DNA from: Octopus vulgaris
Taxonomy: Eukaryota
Direction of reading: 5' to 3'
NCBI GenBank assembly: GCA_951406725.2
Contig: OX597817.1
Location: 13,764,001 to 13,828,000, forward strand
DNA length: 64,000 bases
A program made the translations under genes and the position numbers. Positions 26,230 to 41,596 of the stretch are shown here, in pieces (position 1 is the first letter of the stretch; each line of letters starts with the position of its first letter). Under the pieces are notes generated by a model that was not told where the DNA came from, searched no databases, and saw only the letters and a program-made list of their open reading frames with translations.

Positions 26230-28070
26230 ATTACTATACCCCAGCCTTTTCTGTGTCTGGTAAAAAAGGAATGGAGTCCTTTTCGAATATTCTTCTAATA
26301 GAGACGCAACTTATATCATTCCTTACTTTGTATTTGTAGACTTGTTTGACATTTACTGTTGACAGGCTCAATATATTTCTCAAGTCTAGCATTTTTAGGA
26401 TCAAAAGCCTTCTGGTAATCAATCTATACCAGTTCAAACTTTTTCTACAGTCTTCACATCATCAAAACCCTTCTGCCCCTTTGAAATATTTATTTTCAAA
26501 TGTTTATTCTCTGTGGTATTGCAGTTAATGCTTCGTAATATATTCGGTAGCACGTTATATAGGATAGTAACTTTTAAGACTTTCCGCATTTGAGATTAAT
26601 ATGGTTTCTTCTCAGTTGTCACTGGGTCATTCCGTGTTTTATTGAACATATTTGTGCACTTTATGTGTCCCTAGTGAATATTTTACCTCGTAGTTTGAGA
26701 TCTTATTTATCGGTACCTTCCACTTATTTGTCTTGTAGAGTCTGAGCTACTTCCACGATTGTTCAGGCGCTGTATTCGTTATTTTGAACAATTTTAGCCA
26801 AAATAACGGACGGGTCTCTCGTTTCATATACCCTTACCTAGAATTCTTCCAGTTCTTTTGCTGTTGCTACTGATCTGATTCCTATTTTTTAAAAACTATT
26901 TCTTGGTAAAATCGTCTTGGGTTGAAGTAGAACTGTTTGTTATATACAAAGAATCGTTGTCACTTTTCATACCGACAGATACTTTGTTATTTAACGAGAA
27001 TTGCTTTTTCAAATTTTTTTTCCCTGGTATAGTTTTCTAGTATGTGGTTCTATTTTTGTGGTCATGTCTTTTAGCTATTGATATCACGAAGGATCTTTTT
27101 TTGTTTTCTGTTTGTTTTCTCTGTATTTTTTCCTTGTTGTTTCTTTTTTATACTTGAGTTTTGAAATATGAGTAGATCTGACGGAGCGCACACTTTCCTT
27201 TGCAACTAAAGTAGCTGCCGCATACATTATTTCTTTTAGACTGGTGATTTTGATGTCTGTAACTGTTTTAATTAAATCAATGACGGCCAGGCTTTCGTTT
27301 TTCACATTGTTGCTATTTTATTACAGAGTTTTAGCCTTAGGAAGTACTTTCATTCGTCTATAGGAAGATCTATTGTTCGTAAATTATTGAATTATTTCTA
27401 CCTTTAGGTTGTCATGATCATGATTTCCACCTTTAGAATTTCCTATTCGTAAATGTTCCTTATGTTTCCTTTTATTTGTGTTTATATTGTTCTAGTCCCG
27501 GTTTTGTTGGTCAGTATTATGTCAGTAGTTCTAGCATTTGGTTTTGTCGTGTTTTATTATTTAACTTTATTCGTTTTGCACGTGTTAATTCTAACTTCGC
27601 GGTTTACGTTCTCAAACTTTTTATTGTTGTTAATTGTTTTGTGTTCGTTACTTGCGTTTTCGTAATGTAGTCTTCTTTTTTTTTTTAAATGTTTTATTCT
27701 AATTTTTGATATTTCATTCATCTTGCGGATGTACCATCTTAAGTTAACTGGTTTCTTCGGACCGAGAGTTAGATCTGGGCTATTTACCTTCCAAATTTTA
27801 TTTGAGTATATTGTCGTAGTTTCATTTTTTTGTGTGTGTGGTGATGGCGGTTTGGGGAGAGCAGTGTAACGGAAAATATGTATGTAAAATAGAAACATTC
27901 ATCTCGAGTTCATTTATGCATTTTCTGTTTTATTTGCGAGATTTGATGCGTAAATTCCACCTTTTATTTAGATTGTCATCAGTTTCGTTTTTCGTCTGGT
28001 ACCAGTATATCTGATTCCGTTGATGCAGCGTTTTGCACGCTCCATTTTTCGTACATTTTATGCATCAAAT
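26230..28070 (-). pseudogene. Highly decayed R4/Dong-like LINE ORF (N-terminus to RT)
   Basis: Minus-strand fragments KIWKVNSPDL, EIMYAAATLV, YNKQFYFNPRRFYQE, YPI/TC, GQKGF and IDYQKAFD (26400-26423). Confidence 0.65.
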
Positions 28071-29419
28071 TCAAAATACACATTCCTCGTTTAACTGTGG
28101 GCGAATTAAACGCTTTTTATTTGCATTGTTCATCTCTTTTGTGTTTGTGCGTGTGCGTGTGTGAGTGGAGGGGAAGCTGAATCGGTCTGTTGCTAATATG
28201 ACCCGTGTTTAGTTTATTTACACGTGGTATCCGAACGCCGGTCAATACGAACATTTGTAATACATTAATTATATGAGGTAAAGATCAATAAATTTTACAA
28301 GTATTAATTACGCCGTTATTCTTCATCGCTTCCGTCATTTTTTTTCCATTTGATTCGTTGTTATTTTATCGGTGTTAATGGATATTTATCAGAGCTGACA
28401 AGTAGCGTTCTCTCATCTTAAACGTTCCCCGGTTCTCTTAATATTTGTATTTTCGAACATAATGTTTTCAACAGTTTTATGCGAGTTTCTGCCGCACCAC
28501 CAGTTGCACCACCGGGTTCATGTGCTGTGTACATTATATTTTAGGGATATAAAATTGTAATTTGTATACTACGTCGGTTTTGCTTTATTACGAGATTTCT
28601 TTTTATGTACCTAGACTTATTTTAGTATTTCATCCATTGTCCGGACGATTTGAAAGTCTTTTGTAGATTAGTTAGTATTTTATATGTTTTATGTGATTGG
28701 TGTTAATGTATCTTAGTCACGGACAGCGACTGTGTAGGGTATGTACAGTGATGAGTCTTATATTTTAGATTCAAACACAGACTATGGATCATGAGGAGCG
28801 TTATATCATTGCGTAACTACTGTGAGTCGCGTGAGTCATTACCTCTATAATTTGAGATTTGAAAAATGCCAAAACTTTTCTTTATTGGAATAAAAAATTG
28901 GGTGTATATTCTTAAATATACGTTGAAGTGGTCGAGGTTTAGGGTTCTCGCAGCTAAGAAAAATCTTTCTGTTAATCAAGAATGTTTAGTGGAAGTATTC
29001 GGCAGAGAAATATACAGAGATACTGCGGAAGAAACATTCATGCTTCAAGGGAGAGGAAGGCGACTGCAGCGCTGCATTGTGGAGTGCAGCGAGCAAAATG
29101 AGACAAGTAAGACATCTTTGGTCATCCACAACATCTGTCTTCATCCTTAGTTGTCTTGACCTGGTCTTGTCCCTGAATTGAAGACGGTCACGGACGAGAA
29201 AGTGAGGTTGACAGTGCGTAACTCGTCTTCACTCTAATAAAAGTTATCGCGTAAATCATCAGTCATTCGGAAGCATGTTTAGAGGGTCCTCGTCGCTCCG
29301 ACGGGCGAACATGGTGCTATGCTGCATTAACACGAATGATCAAGGTTAATGAGAGTGTTCATGGTTTCAAATGTTGTGTGTTCAAATGTTGTGTGAAAAT
29401 ATCTTAACACACTCCACTA

Positions 29420-29566
29420 CGTGACTGGTACTTATTTTATGGACCCTGAAGAGATGAAAAGCAAAGTAAACCTCGGATGGATTTGAACTGAGGAGATAAA
29501 GAGACAGAAAAAATGCTGCTAAGTATTTGTCCGATGCGCTCACGATTCTGCCGACTCGCCACCTTA
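29420..29566 (-). mobile_element. SINE family B, diverged
   Basis: actggtacttatttta...atttgaactg...gattctgccgactcgccacctt. Confidence 0.7.
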
Positions 29567-29627
29567 AGGATCTATACTTTATTGCATTCAGCGGGGAAAT
29601 GGATTCCCCCCCACCCCGCGGGATAAT

Positions 29628-29753
29628 GGTCTCCGCTTCAGAAGAGAAAACCTCCTCCTTGCCGGAGAAGGGTTCCTCTTCGCCAGAAATAGGCTCTCTT
29701 TTATAGGAGATGGGTCTTTCCTCACTGGAGAACGTCTCCTCTTCACTGGAGGT
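29628..29753. repeat. Degenerate 6 x 21-bp tandem repeat without indels
   Basis: Units start at 29628, 29649, 29670, 29691, 29712 and 29733; approximate consensus ggtctcctcttcaccggagaa. Confidence 0.75.
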
Positions 29754-30458
29754 GCATCTGAGTTTGCACTTTTCTTAGGTTCTGTTTTTCAAATTTCTTT
29801 CTTTTGATAGAGAAAAATATAGTTTTAATTTTTTTTTAAACATGGTGATTTGTGCACATTTTCCCTCCTCACAACATTCTCAGACTTTTTCCCTCCATGA
29901 AATAATATTGCTTTAATGGAACTATATTAAAAGACTAAGTTTTGAAAATTTGGTAATTTATTTCAGTATGTTGAGTGACCACATTGAGGTGTGAGCCCCA
30001 CCCCACATAACGTCTGCTGGTTATCGTTTAGCAGCAACTCGCGCATGAGCGAACGAACAGATGAGTTTAAAAAAACTTTCGGTAATTTGATGTTGGGCAA
30101 GCATAAGTATTACCAAAAGCCGAGTGTCCGAGGCGGCCGGTACGTTCACTGTGAAAAAATCCGCGGGAAAGCGGATTTAAAAGTAATTAAAATAATGAAA
30201 AAAATTAATATTTAAAAAGAAGTTTCAAAAAATCGAAAAGGTTTTTAAATGGGGTTGCGGGTAAATTGAATTAAAATTTTGAAAAAGCCAGATTTTTGTG
30301 GAGAGGGTGAGGATGCAAAATCTAAATCTCCCTTGTCGAAAACAGGAATCTAAAAAAACTTTTGCGACAAAAAAGTTGAGGTGCTTATTCGACACGTCCG
30401 TCTATTTTTTATAAATGTTTTTTCTGTTTTCCACACAATCATCTCTTATTTTTCATTC

Positions 30459-30691
30459 CATTTCTTTACTACCCACAAGGGGCTACACACAGAGGGGACA
30501 AACAAGGGCAGACAAACGGATTGAGTCGATTATATCGACCCCAGTGCGTAACTGGTACTTATTTAATCGATCCCGAAAGGATGAAAGGCAAAGTCGACCT
30601 CGGCGGAATTTGAACTCAGAACATAGCGGCAGACGAAATACTGCTAAGCATTTCGCCCGGCGCGCTAACGCTTCTACAAGCTCGCCACCTT
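30459..30691 (-). mobile_element. SINE family B monomer
   Basis: Full head-body-tail; 21-bp TSD atcatctcttatttttcattc at 30438-30458 and 30692-30712. Confidence 0.92.
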
Positions 30692-30921
30692 ATCATCTCT
30701 TATTTTTCATTCACCGTTTCGTATTTATTGGTTTCCTTTGAGATAATTTTCTCCTTCATATTTTGTATTTATTTGTATAAGTTTTCCTACTAACACAATG
30801 ATTTCTCTTAAGTAATATGACGCTCTTATAGTTCTGTTTTGTGGGTAAATATAATCTTTCTAAATCAGATTCTGGAGAGTGTATTCTAAATTCTCTCTTT
30901 CTTTCATTCTCTCTCTCTCTT

Positions 30922-30993
<72 letters not shown>

Positions 30994-33623
30994 ATCTATT
31001 TCTCTCTTGACAGCTTAGTTCATTTAATATCCACTTGGGGTATCATAACTTATTACTAGGACACCTAAAAATACTGATGCTTATTTTTTGGATTAAGCTG
31101 TTTTAAATTTTTATCTCCAGCGACAATAAAATTTCTTTGATTTGTAAATATTGCACTGCATTTTGTTTACTGATTTGTATTTGTAACTATGTGCTTGGTT
31201 TAATTTTCTCAGCTCTGTTTCTTTACAGTTCAATATTTAAGAGATGAGGAATTATGTACATTATTTACAATTGACGGATATTTCTCCTCATCTTGTTTGT
31301 TGTCTGTTTCTTTATCAATCACATAGTTTCTATCGATATTCTTTTGATATTCTATTGATATTCTACAATCCTGTTCTCTTATTAACTAGTTTGTTGCATA
31401 GCATCTCCAATCAGGTCTACCTAATAGACCTAGTTCGCCTTCGCTCTAACGGTGTCTCATCTCAGGTATCACACCAGCCATAATACCCAATCCTTCCTCC
31501 CTATCGTTTCAACCATCTGGTTATTCCTTCTTGGCTAAGTTCTCACCCCACCTTGCAGGTATCGATCTACAGTCACGTTTCAACCGAACATAAACCACGT
31601 CGATCTCACCAGTCTTGCATGGTTTCCTCTTTTCACTAAACCATAAAACGCTATAATTATCGTCATAATTATTTTCAAAATATTGATTTTCTTTGTTATA
31701 TTTGAAGTTGGCCACAAATTTGTATGAGGAGTGTTTTAGTCAATCGAATCGATACCAATATATTACTGTACTCGTTGACCTAAAGATGTCGAAAATGAAA
31801 GTCAACTTTGTTAGGTTTTGAAATCACAATGTAGCGGGAACTAAACCAACTACCTTAACTAGCTAATGAATTAGAGACCTGAGAGTTTCTTCCTTGAGGC
31901 TTTTTACTATTATCAAAATAATGTTATTGATTCTTTTCTTACTGAGTACAAAGATTTCCATGTCTTAAAAGCCAAGAAGTAAGAAATATAATGCTCACAT
32001 CATTTCCAATGTCAGTAGCAGCGTAAATGAAGTGGTTTCAACAAAAGATTAAGACTACGTTACGCTCTCGGTTTGTCAAAATATTATCTCATATTCTACG
32101 GTGTTCAACACATATATTAACAATAATTTGATTACGTGAAATAAAATGAAATAAAGGCCAAATAAACATCGGAAATATTTGTTCTACGCAAGAGCTTACA
32201 CAGAGGTATTGCATACCATTTTTCTGAATCCATCGCAATGTCGGAAACTCTTCTGTATCATCAACAGGTATCTTGTGGTCACAAGTACTTCGCTCCTTTG
32301 GCTATACGCTTCACCTGAGTGGGGTAGCATAGACTGATTTTACCTACGCCAGCGAAAGGGTTCCACCTGCGTCTCTTGTCAACTACAGCCACTTTGAGCT
32401 GATTTCAACTACCATACCTATCTCCTTGTTGGCTTTCTTCAGTTTTTTGGGGTTCCAGACCAATCTGCAGGAAATACGAACCGTCTTCAGTAGGTAATGA
32501 GGCGGTGTTCTGTCCCTTAGAAAAATGCTCATCGGCCAAGTCCTGATATTTGGTTTTCTTTATGATGTTTAACACATCAATGTAAGCAATTTAAATGGAT
32601 TTACAATACCTTACTTCCAAAATTTGAACTGTGTAATGTCACGAGATATTTGTTATCATTTATCTTGTATATTGGTTACAAGTTTTAAGAGAAATAGTTA
32701 CATTGCTATTAAAAATTAGCTTCATCGTTACTACTCGGAAAAAAATTATTTCGTATCTAGGATCACGCAGGTCCCGATGAACGACACAAAGCTACATATA
32801 TACGTTTAATCTGCTATTTTATTGACATTTCCTTTCTTTCTTCGGTAGAATGTTCTGTCCGAAATGTTAGATTTCTCTTCTGTCTACTATGAAATATATT
32901 ATGTCGACGCAAAACATCGTAACTTTCCGCGGCTTCTGCTGTTTTACTTTACATCTGTTTCATTTGTGATTGTGTCGAACTAGGCAGATAAGGAAATAGA
33001 TAGACAGACGGTTGTAAGGTTGAGAGAAAGACAAAGATAAAAAAAAATAAAAGATGGAAGACGAAGAAACAAAGCTGGACAAATATAATAGTTCAGACTT
33101 GGAACACAATAGTAAGAATCAAAATCAGTGGGTTATCTAAAAGTTAATTTCCATTTAATCTGTCAAGTATACACAAAATATAAAATAAATGGTGATATAT
33201 TCATCAATTCACACGTGAATTCATTATTAGATCAAGTGTTCTGTGTATGACAACTAAATAGACGAAAGTGTGACGTATATTTTTGTGAATTTTCAGTAGC
33301 AAATTAATTCGCGATGTCTATTCATATCTCGCTGAGTAAACGAATAATTTTGCTTAAACATCGCTACGCTGTTTTACTTCAATTGTTTGAATAATTGCCA
33401 AAGTGAATTTTTACAACTCAAGATGCTACAACTTCCATTACATATATACATATGCGTGTGTAAATGTATATCCATCAATATATACGTTTATCTATCTAAA
33501 TATACGTATGTGTATGTATAGTTCAAAAATATAAAAATAAGGAGACAAGCGGACGAACAAATAGGGTGTATTAATATGTATGCGGGTGTATATATATTTC
33601 TGCGTGTATGTGTGTAGAATAGG

Positions 33624-33913
<290 letters not shown>

Positions 33914-34184
33914 CATGTATACAATACAATATGCATATGTGAATATATGTACACATGCACATACATATATATTCATGTGTACATATATTTGTATCTGAAT
34001 TTATGTATGTATGTATATATATATATATATATAAAATCATATATCATATTGATATGTCAAATGTCCATGCTTTGATGTCTTCAGAAAAAGCTAATTAAAT
34101 GTGCACAGTTAAACAGGTAAATATATTGGATATAGCGTAACGTATATAGAGATATACCTTTAAATGAAAGTCGCTTGCGACGTG

Positions 34185-34693
34185 TATGTAAGTATGCATG
34201 TATGTATGTATGTATGTATGTATGTATGTATGTATGTATGTATGTATGTATGTATGTATGTATGTGTGTATGTATGTATGTATGTATGTATGTATGTATG
34301 TATGTATGTGTGTATGTGTGTGTTTGTGTGTATGTATGTATGTATGTATGTATGTATGTATGTATGTATGTATGTATGTATGTATGTATGTATGTATGTA
34401 TGTATGTATGTATGTATGTATGTATGTATGTATGTATGTATGTATGTATGTATGTATGTATGTATGTATGTATGTATGTATGTATGTTTGTATGTATGTA
34501 TGTATGTATGTTTGTATGTATGTATGTATGTATGTATGTTTGTATGTATGTATGTATGTATGTATGTATGTATGTATGTATGTATGTATGTATGTATGTA
34601 TGTATGTATGTATGTATGTATGTATGTATGTATGTATGTATGTATGTATGTATGTATGTATGTATGTATGTATGTATGTATGTATGTATGTAC

Positions 34694-34724
<31 letters not shown>

Positions 34725-35315
34725 TGTATGTATGTATGTATGTATGTATGTATGTATGTATGTTTGTATGTATGTATGTATGTTTGTATGTATGTATGTA
34801 TGTATGTATGTATGTATGTATGTATGTATGTATGTATGTATGTATGTATGTATGTATGTATGTATGTATGTATGTGTGTATGTATGTATGTATGTATGTA
34901 TGTATGTATGTATGTATGTATGTATGTATGTATGTGTGTATGTATGTATGTATGTATGTATGTATGTATGTATGTATGTATGTATGTATGTATGTATGTA
35001 TGTATGTATGTATGTATGTATGTATGTATGTATGTATGTATGTATGTATGTATGTATGTATGTATGTACGTACGTATGTACGTACGTATGTATGTACGTA
35101 CGTATGTACGTACGTATGTATGTATGTATGTATGTATGTATGTATGTATGTATGTATGTATGTATGTATGTATGTATGTATGTATGTATGTATGTATGTA
35201 TGTATGTATGTATGTATGTATGTATGTATGTATGTATGTATGTATGTGTGTATGTATGTATGTATGTGTGTATGTATGTATGTATGTATGTATGTATGTA
35301 TGTATGTATGTATGT
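34185..35315. repeat. ~1.1-kb (TATG)n microsatellite
   Basis: Read directly; it produces the 400-aa YVCM/HTYI pseudo-ORFs. Confidence 0.95.
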
Positions 35316-35341
35316 ATACATACATACATACATACATACAT

Positions 35342-35373
<32 letters not shown>

Positions 35374-35392
35374 CGTATATTGTATACATATA

Positions 35393-35818
35393 TTTTATCT
35401 TTTACTTGTTTCACTCATTAGACTGCAGCCATGCTGGGGCACCGCCTTGAAAAATTTTAGTCGAGTGATCAGACTTCAGTATTTTTTTGAAAGCCTGGTA
35501 CATATTCTATCGGTTCCTTTCGATGAACCGCTAAGTTAAGGGGACGTAAACATACCAAAACTCGTTGTTAAGCGGTGGTGGGGATAAAACAGAGACCCAA
35601 ACACACACGCACACATACACACAAACCGACACACACACACACAAACATACATACATAGATATAGACATATATACGACGGGCTACTTTCAGTTTCCACCAA
35701 ATCAACTCACAATGCTTTGGTTGGCTCGAAGCTATAGTAGAAGACTATATGTGCCACGCAGTGAGACTGAACCCAGAATCGTGTGGTGGGAAAGCAAACT
35801 TTTTACCATACAGCCACG
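35393..35818 (-). mobile_element. SINE family A, diverged full length
   Basis: Tail, central (CA)n and head are all recognisable on the minus strand. Confidence 0.8.
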
Positions 35819-36755
35819 TCTGATATATAAGGTGGAGCAAAAGCCACGCACCACCCTAATCGCGGGAAAACCGTTTATATGATTATATACGATAATCTTT
35901 TATCTTATTTACATAATATTCATTATTTTATTAGTGCACAACTTTTGTGTCAACCTGTGCATTACATATAGAAATGTATTATATGCATATATCTGTTTGT
36001 ACACACACACACACACACACACAAATGCATGTGAATCACATGGGGATTTTTATCTCGAACGGTTTCTTTTCTTTGTTCTATGCTTGTAACTCTGATTTAC
36101 CAACTCCGTTCGATATTCACCATGTTTTGAAAAATTGTCAGTCATAGAGCCGTGTCTTATCTTATACATCCACTACTAATTTCAGGCGGGTATTTATTTT
36201 CTAGGTCCCTACATATCGATAGGCTAAAATACCTTTTGATGGTAAAAATTCACACATACACACACACAGAGCCGTTTTATATCTCAACTAACGCGATTGA
36301 CTACTTTATATTCTTTGTCATAGAGGATTCGGGTTTCCTTTTTTTCGTACACAACCTGACGAGGAACAGAATGTTCGAAACAGAACGTTCCTTTGAAATA
36401 AGATCACATACATTTTGTCGTATCAGGTTGACTGTATTCTTCTTGTAAAGACTTGCATCGAAGCCCCAAATTATTCATAATTTATATTAGCATTGCTGTG
36501 TAGATCTCGTGGTTAAGAATAATTATGAGGTAATCACTGCGGAGTAATTATGTCTTGTTACCGAGTGTGCACACACACACACACGCGCTCAAACAAGCTC
36601 TCACATATTTCTTCTTTAAAAGGTTTCATTTATTAGATAGCGGCCAGATTCAGGAATCCCTACCGAGAGTTTTGGTCAAACATGTTAATTCCACTACTAA
36701 TTTCAAGCGGGTACTTATTTTCTAGGTCCCTACATAACGATAGGCTAAGATACCT

Positions 36756-37172
36756 ATTTCTTTACTACCCACAAGGGGCTAAACACAGAGGGGACAAACA
36801 AGGACAGACAAAGGGTTTAAGTCGATTATATCGACCCCAGTGCGTAACTGGTACTTAATTTATCGACCCCGAAAGAATGAAAGGCAAAGTCGACCGCGGC
36901 GGAATTTGAACTCAGAACGTAACGGCAGATAAAATACCTATTTCTTTACTACCCACAAGGGGCTAAACACAGAGAGGACAAACAAGGACAGACATAGGTA
37001 TTAAGTCGATTATATCGACCCCAGTGCGTAACTGGTACTTAATTTATCGACCCCGAAAGGATGAAAGGCAAAGTCGACTTCGGCGGAATTTGAACTCAGA
37101 ATGTAACGGCAGACGAAATACGGCTACGCATTTCGCCCGGCGTGCTAACGATTCTGCCAGCTCGCCGCCCTT
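36756..37172 (-). mobile_element. SINE family B, tandem dimer
   Basis: Two units; 18-bp TSD cgataggctaagat(a/g)cct at 36738-36755 and 37173-37190. Confidence 0.92.
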
Positions 37173-37258
37173 CGATAGGCTAAGATGCCTTTTGATGTAA
37201 AAGGATGCAATTCGACATACTCTTTCACCGGTGTAAGCGAATACAGACAGACACACGG

Positions 37259-37307
<49 letters not shown>

Positions 37308-38728
37308 CGCACACATGCAGAAATATACCAGAAGGCACTCGTCCCTATGTTTGTCCAAGGTGATGCCTTGTGGGATCGAACCCAGGCCAACATGGCTAGG
37401 AAATAAACATTTTAACCTCATGCTGTGCTAGGGCTTTTTAACATAACGTCGACTCATTATTTCGGATTTTGAAACTCCTTATCACATATCCACAAAAAGA
37501 AAACAATAGTCATTTAAAGTGAACAGTTAAAAATGTTCATTGAATTCTTTTTAAAACCCTTTGTCAGTATTGTTGATTGAGCCTTTGGCCAACAATAACG
37601 AACTGGTAAAACAGCAGTTTTCTTGTCAATACCTGCTACTGAAGAATTCCTTACCTCCATGTACTGAACCAATAAAGCTGCAGGCAACTCCTCCTAACCG
37701 TTTGCAATGGTCTCACTCCGGGGCGTAAATAGGCGGAAATCGCCGGCGGCGAAATAGTCAGTAAAGCTCTTGTGTAACCAGTAAATTTGAAATCTTAGTG
37801 TCTGGGTTTGTAAGTTTAATGAAAAGTCAAGTGTAAGACAGCGATAAAGAGAGAATTGAAACTTTCACTAAGCTAAGATGCAAGACAAAAGATGTTGTTT
37901 TGTATTAAAAAATAATTAAATAAATAAATAAATAAATAGATAGATAAAACAAATGTCAGTGAAAAATTTATGTAACAATTATTTACCTAAGAATGTTTTT
38001 TTTTTTCTTTTTAAGAATAGTCAATGTATTCTTGAGGCACTTTGCCTCTAGTGGGGTTTCAAATACATTAAACGTTCATATTTATAACCAAGGGAAGCTA
38101 AGAGAGCAGATATACTGCCAGAAGCTACACCTTTGAGAATCATTTCAAGAAAATTCTAGAGCGATAAAACTCAAGATAATGTTATTCTTACTAATTAGTT
38201 CATTTGTGGTGGACTCTAAGTATCACTAAACATGCGTTTTAGTTTTCTATATATATATATATATATTTTTATTGTTCACTCTACTGGTGAATTCTTTCTT
38301 TCACTTTTGCTTTCGAGTTAAGTGACTTCTGCTTAAAATTTGAACAGACTTTAACAAAAGGCACTCTTAAATACAAAATTCTACGCGTTAGATATTATCT
38401 TCCACTTTACCATTTCACAGTAATTTTTTTTTTGAAACACAATTTCAAATGTTGTTCAAATTAATTGCAGAGTTTTGAATGACGACAGTTTCGAATATGT
38501 TCGGTTTAACAGTTTGGGTGATATTTCATCTTAATTAAAAGTACTAGTTTTCCCCTGATTTAAGTTAATGAGAAGAACTAAAAATAGTCCTTGAGATTAA
38601 CCACGCTTATACGACTTGATTTCGGTTTAGAATGAACATATTTAACTATAGTCAGTTACAAGCAGTAGTTGAATACACACACACACACTTTTCTCTGTCT
38701 CTCTCTCTTTCTATATATATATATATAA

Positions 38729-38926
38729 AGTTAATCCAAACATGAAAACACAAAGAGAAGACACAACAACGCGAGGACGTGGAACAAGTATAGTAATATT
38801 GGACGCTCAGGAAAGAAGGAAAGAAGGAGGGTTTAACGTTTCGAGCGGAGCTCTTCGTCAGAAACATAAGAAAAGGAAAGATCCAAAGAAGGGAAGACGG
38901 AGGAAAAAAGTTGCCAACGGTACACA
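38729..38926 (-). mobile_element. ~200-bp hammerhead-containing element, copy 2
   Basis: Minus strand gttt-CTGACGA-a-gagc-tcc-gctc-GAAAC-GTT-aaac (38831-38865). Same ends as 1506-1704; abuts (TA)n. Confidence 0.78.
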
Positions 38927-38948
38927 TATGTGTGTGTGTATATATATG

Positions 38949-38984
<36 letters not shown>

Positions 38985-38994
38985 TGTATGTATG

Positions 38995-39036
<42 letters not shown>

Positions 39037-39040
39037 TATA

Positions 39041-39877
<837 letters not shown>

Positions 39878-41017
39878 CACACGTACACATGCAAGCACAC
39901 ACTCACACACATACTTGTAAGTAGAATGGCATTTTTTTAAGGGTAGAATTGTTGGCTTGCATCCTGTCACCAGTGCCGCACTGAGTTCTTGCCAAAGACA
40001 TCTGCCTGTTACAGATCCAATTCGCCTAGACGTGATTACGTATCAAGAATATAGTTTCTTACTTTGATCTGGCCTAGATTTGTCGTCGTTGAAATATTTC
40101 CTTTCGATAATGCCGCTTAAATCTTTGAGAAAAAGCAAAACATAGTATGTGAGATGCCTTAGCTTTTGTGTCTTGTTTAAAAGAAGCTAATACCTGAAGA
40201 TTTGTATTACGTACCTTCCACTTGTAATAATCTCCTAACGAGCCGAATCTTCGATCGGGTTTCGAGCTTTGATTAAATATAAAGTCGCCGATGCTATTGA
40301 GAACATCTCGCAATCTAATTCTCTTCTCACTATAAATTTGATGCCCTTGTCTAAAAAAAATCCGCTTTAAGGAAATCGTAGCATGCATGTGGTTTTGGCA
40401 GAAAAAAATGCAAATTCAGCTAAATACTCATAAAAGTGGTTGAGGATTATTATCTAGAAAACAGATACGTTTTATAAATTATATATATATGTATGTATGT
40501 ATAAAGATAGAAAGATATTAAATTATATTATCTCGGAGATTATAGCAATGAAAATTTGTTGCATAACTGTATTTACACACTGTCATAACATTTTGAAAGG
40601 TATTTCGATAGTAATATCTTAATATGCAAACTTGTTAGTGTATTAATTAATTCAAACACAGATATTTTCCTTCCTTTTTGATTTTCTTTTTATCCTGTTA
40701 TCTTCGTTTCTTTTCTTCCTTTTCTTCACTCTTATCTATTAAATAACCTCCAACTTAAGCTGCAAAGAAGCTTAAGCAGAAATTAGTTTTAGTAATTTAG
40801 TCAATTACAACCACCGAAATATTGACACACTATTCTGTAACCCTTTAATCTCAATCGAATTAAACAACTTGATAGAAAAACAACGTAACATGAATTGCTT
40901 TTTCGAAAGAAGTATGATTCAAAACAAACCCCGTTGGAAAGTCAACACATACGCATGCGTGTTTGTGTGTTGCGAGCATGCGTATTGCTTCTACTGCCAC
41001 GTCATATATATATATAT

Positions 41018-41596
<579 letters not shown>

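Noticed and set aside
34081-35539. 400-600-aa ORFs of YVCM/HTYI repeats (also 57293-59199, 9831-10514, 59798-60764)
   Set aside because: Translations of stop-free (TATG)n microsatellites in all frames; no coding signal.
40215-40350. Resemblance of the candidate exon peptide to a phospholipase C X-box segment
   Set aside because: Short, partial similarity only; the following conserved motif is absent and no other exons of such a gene were found.
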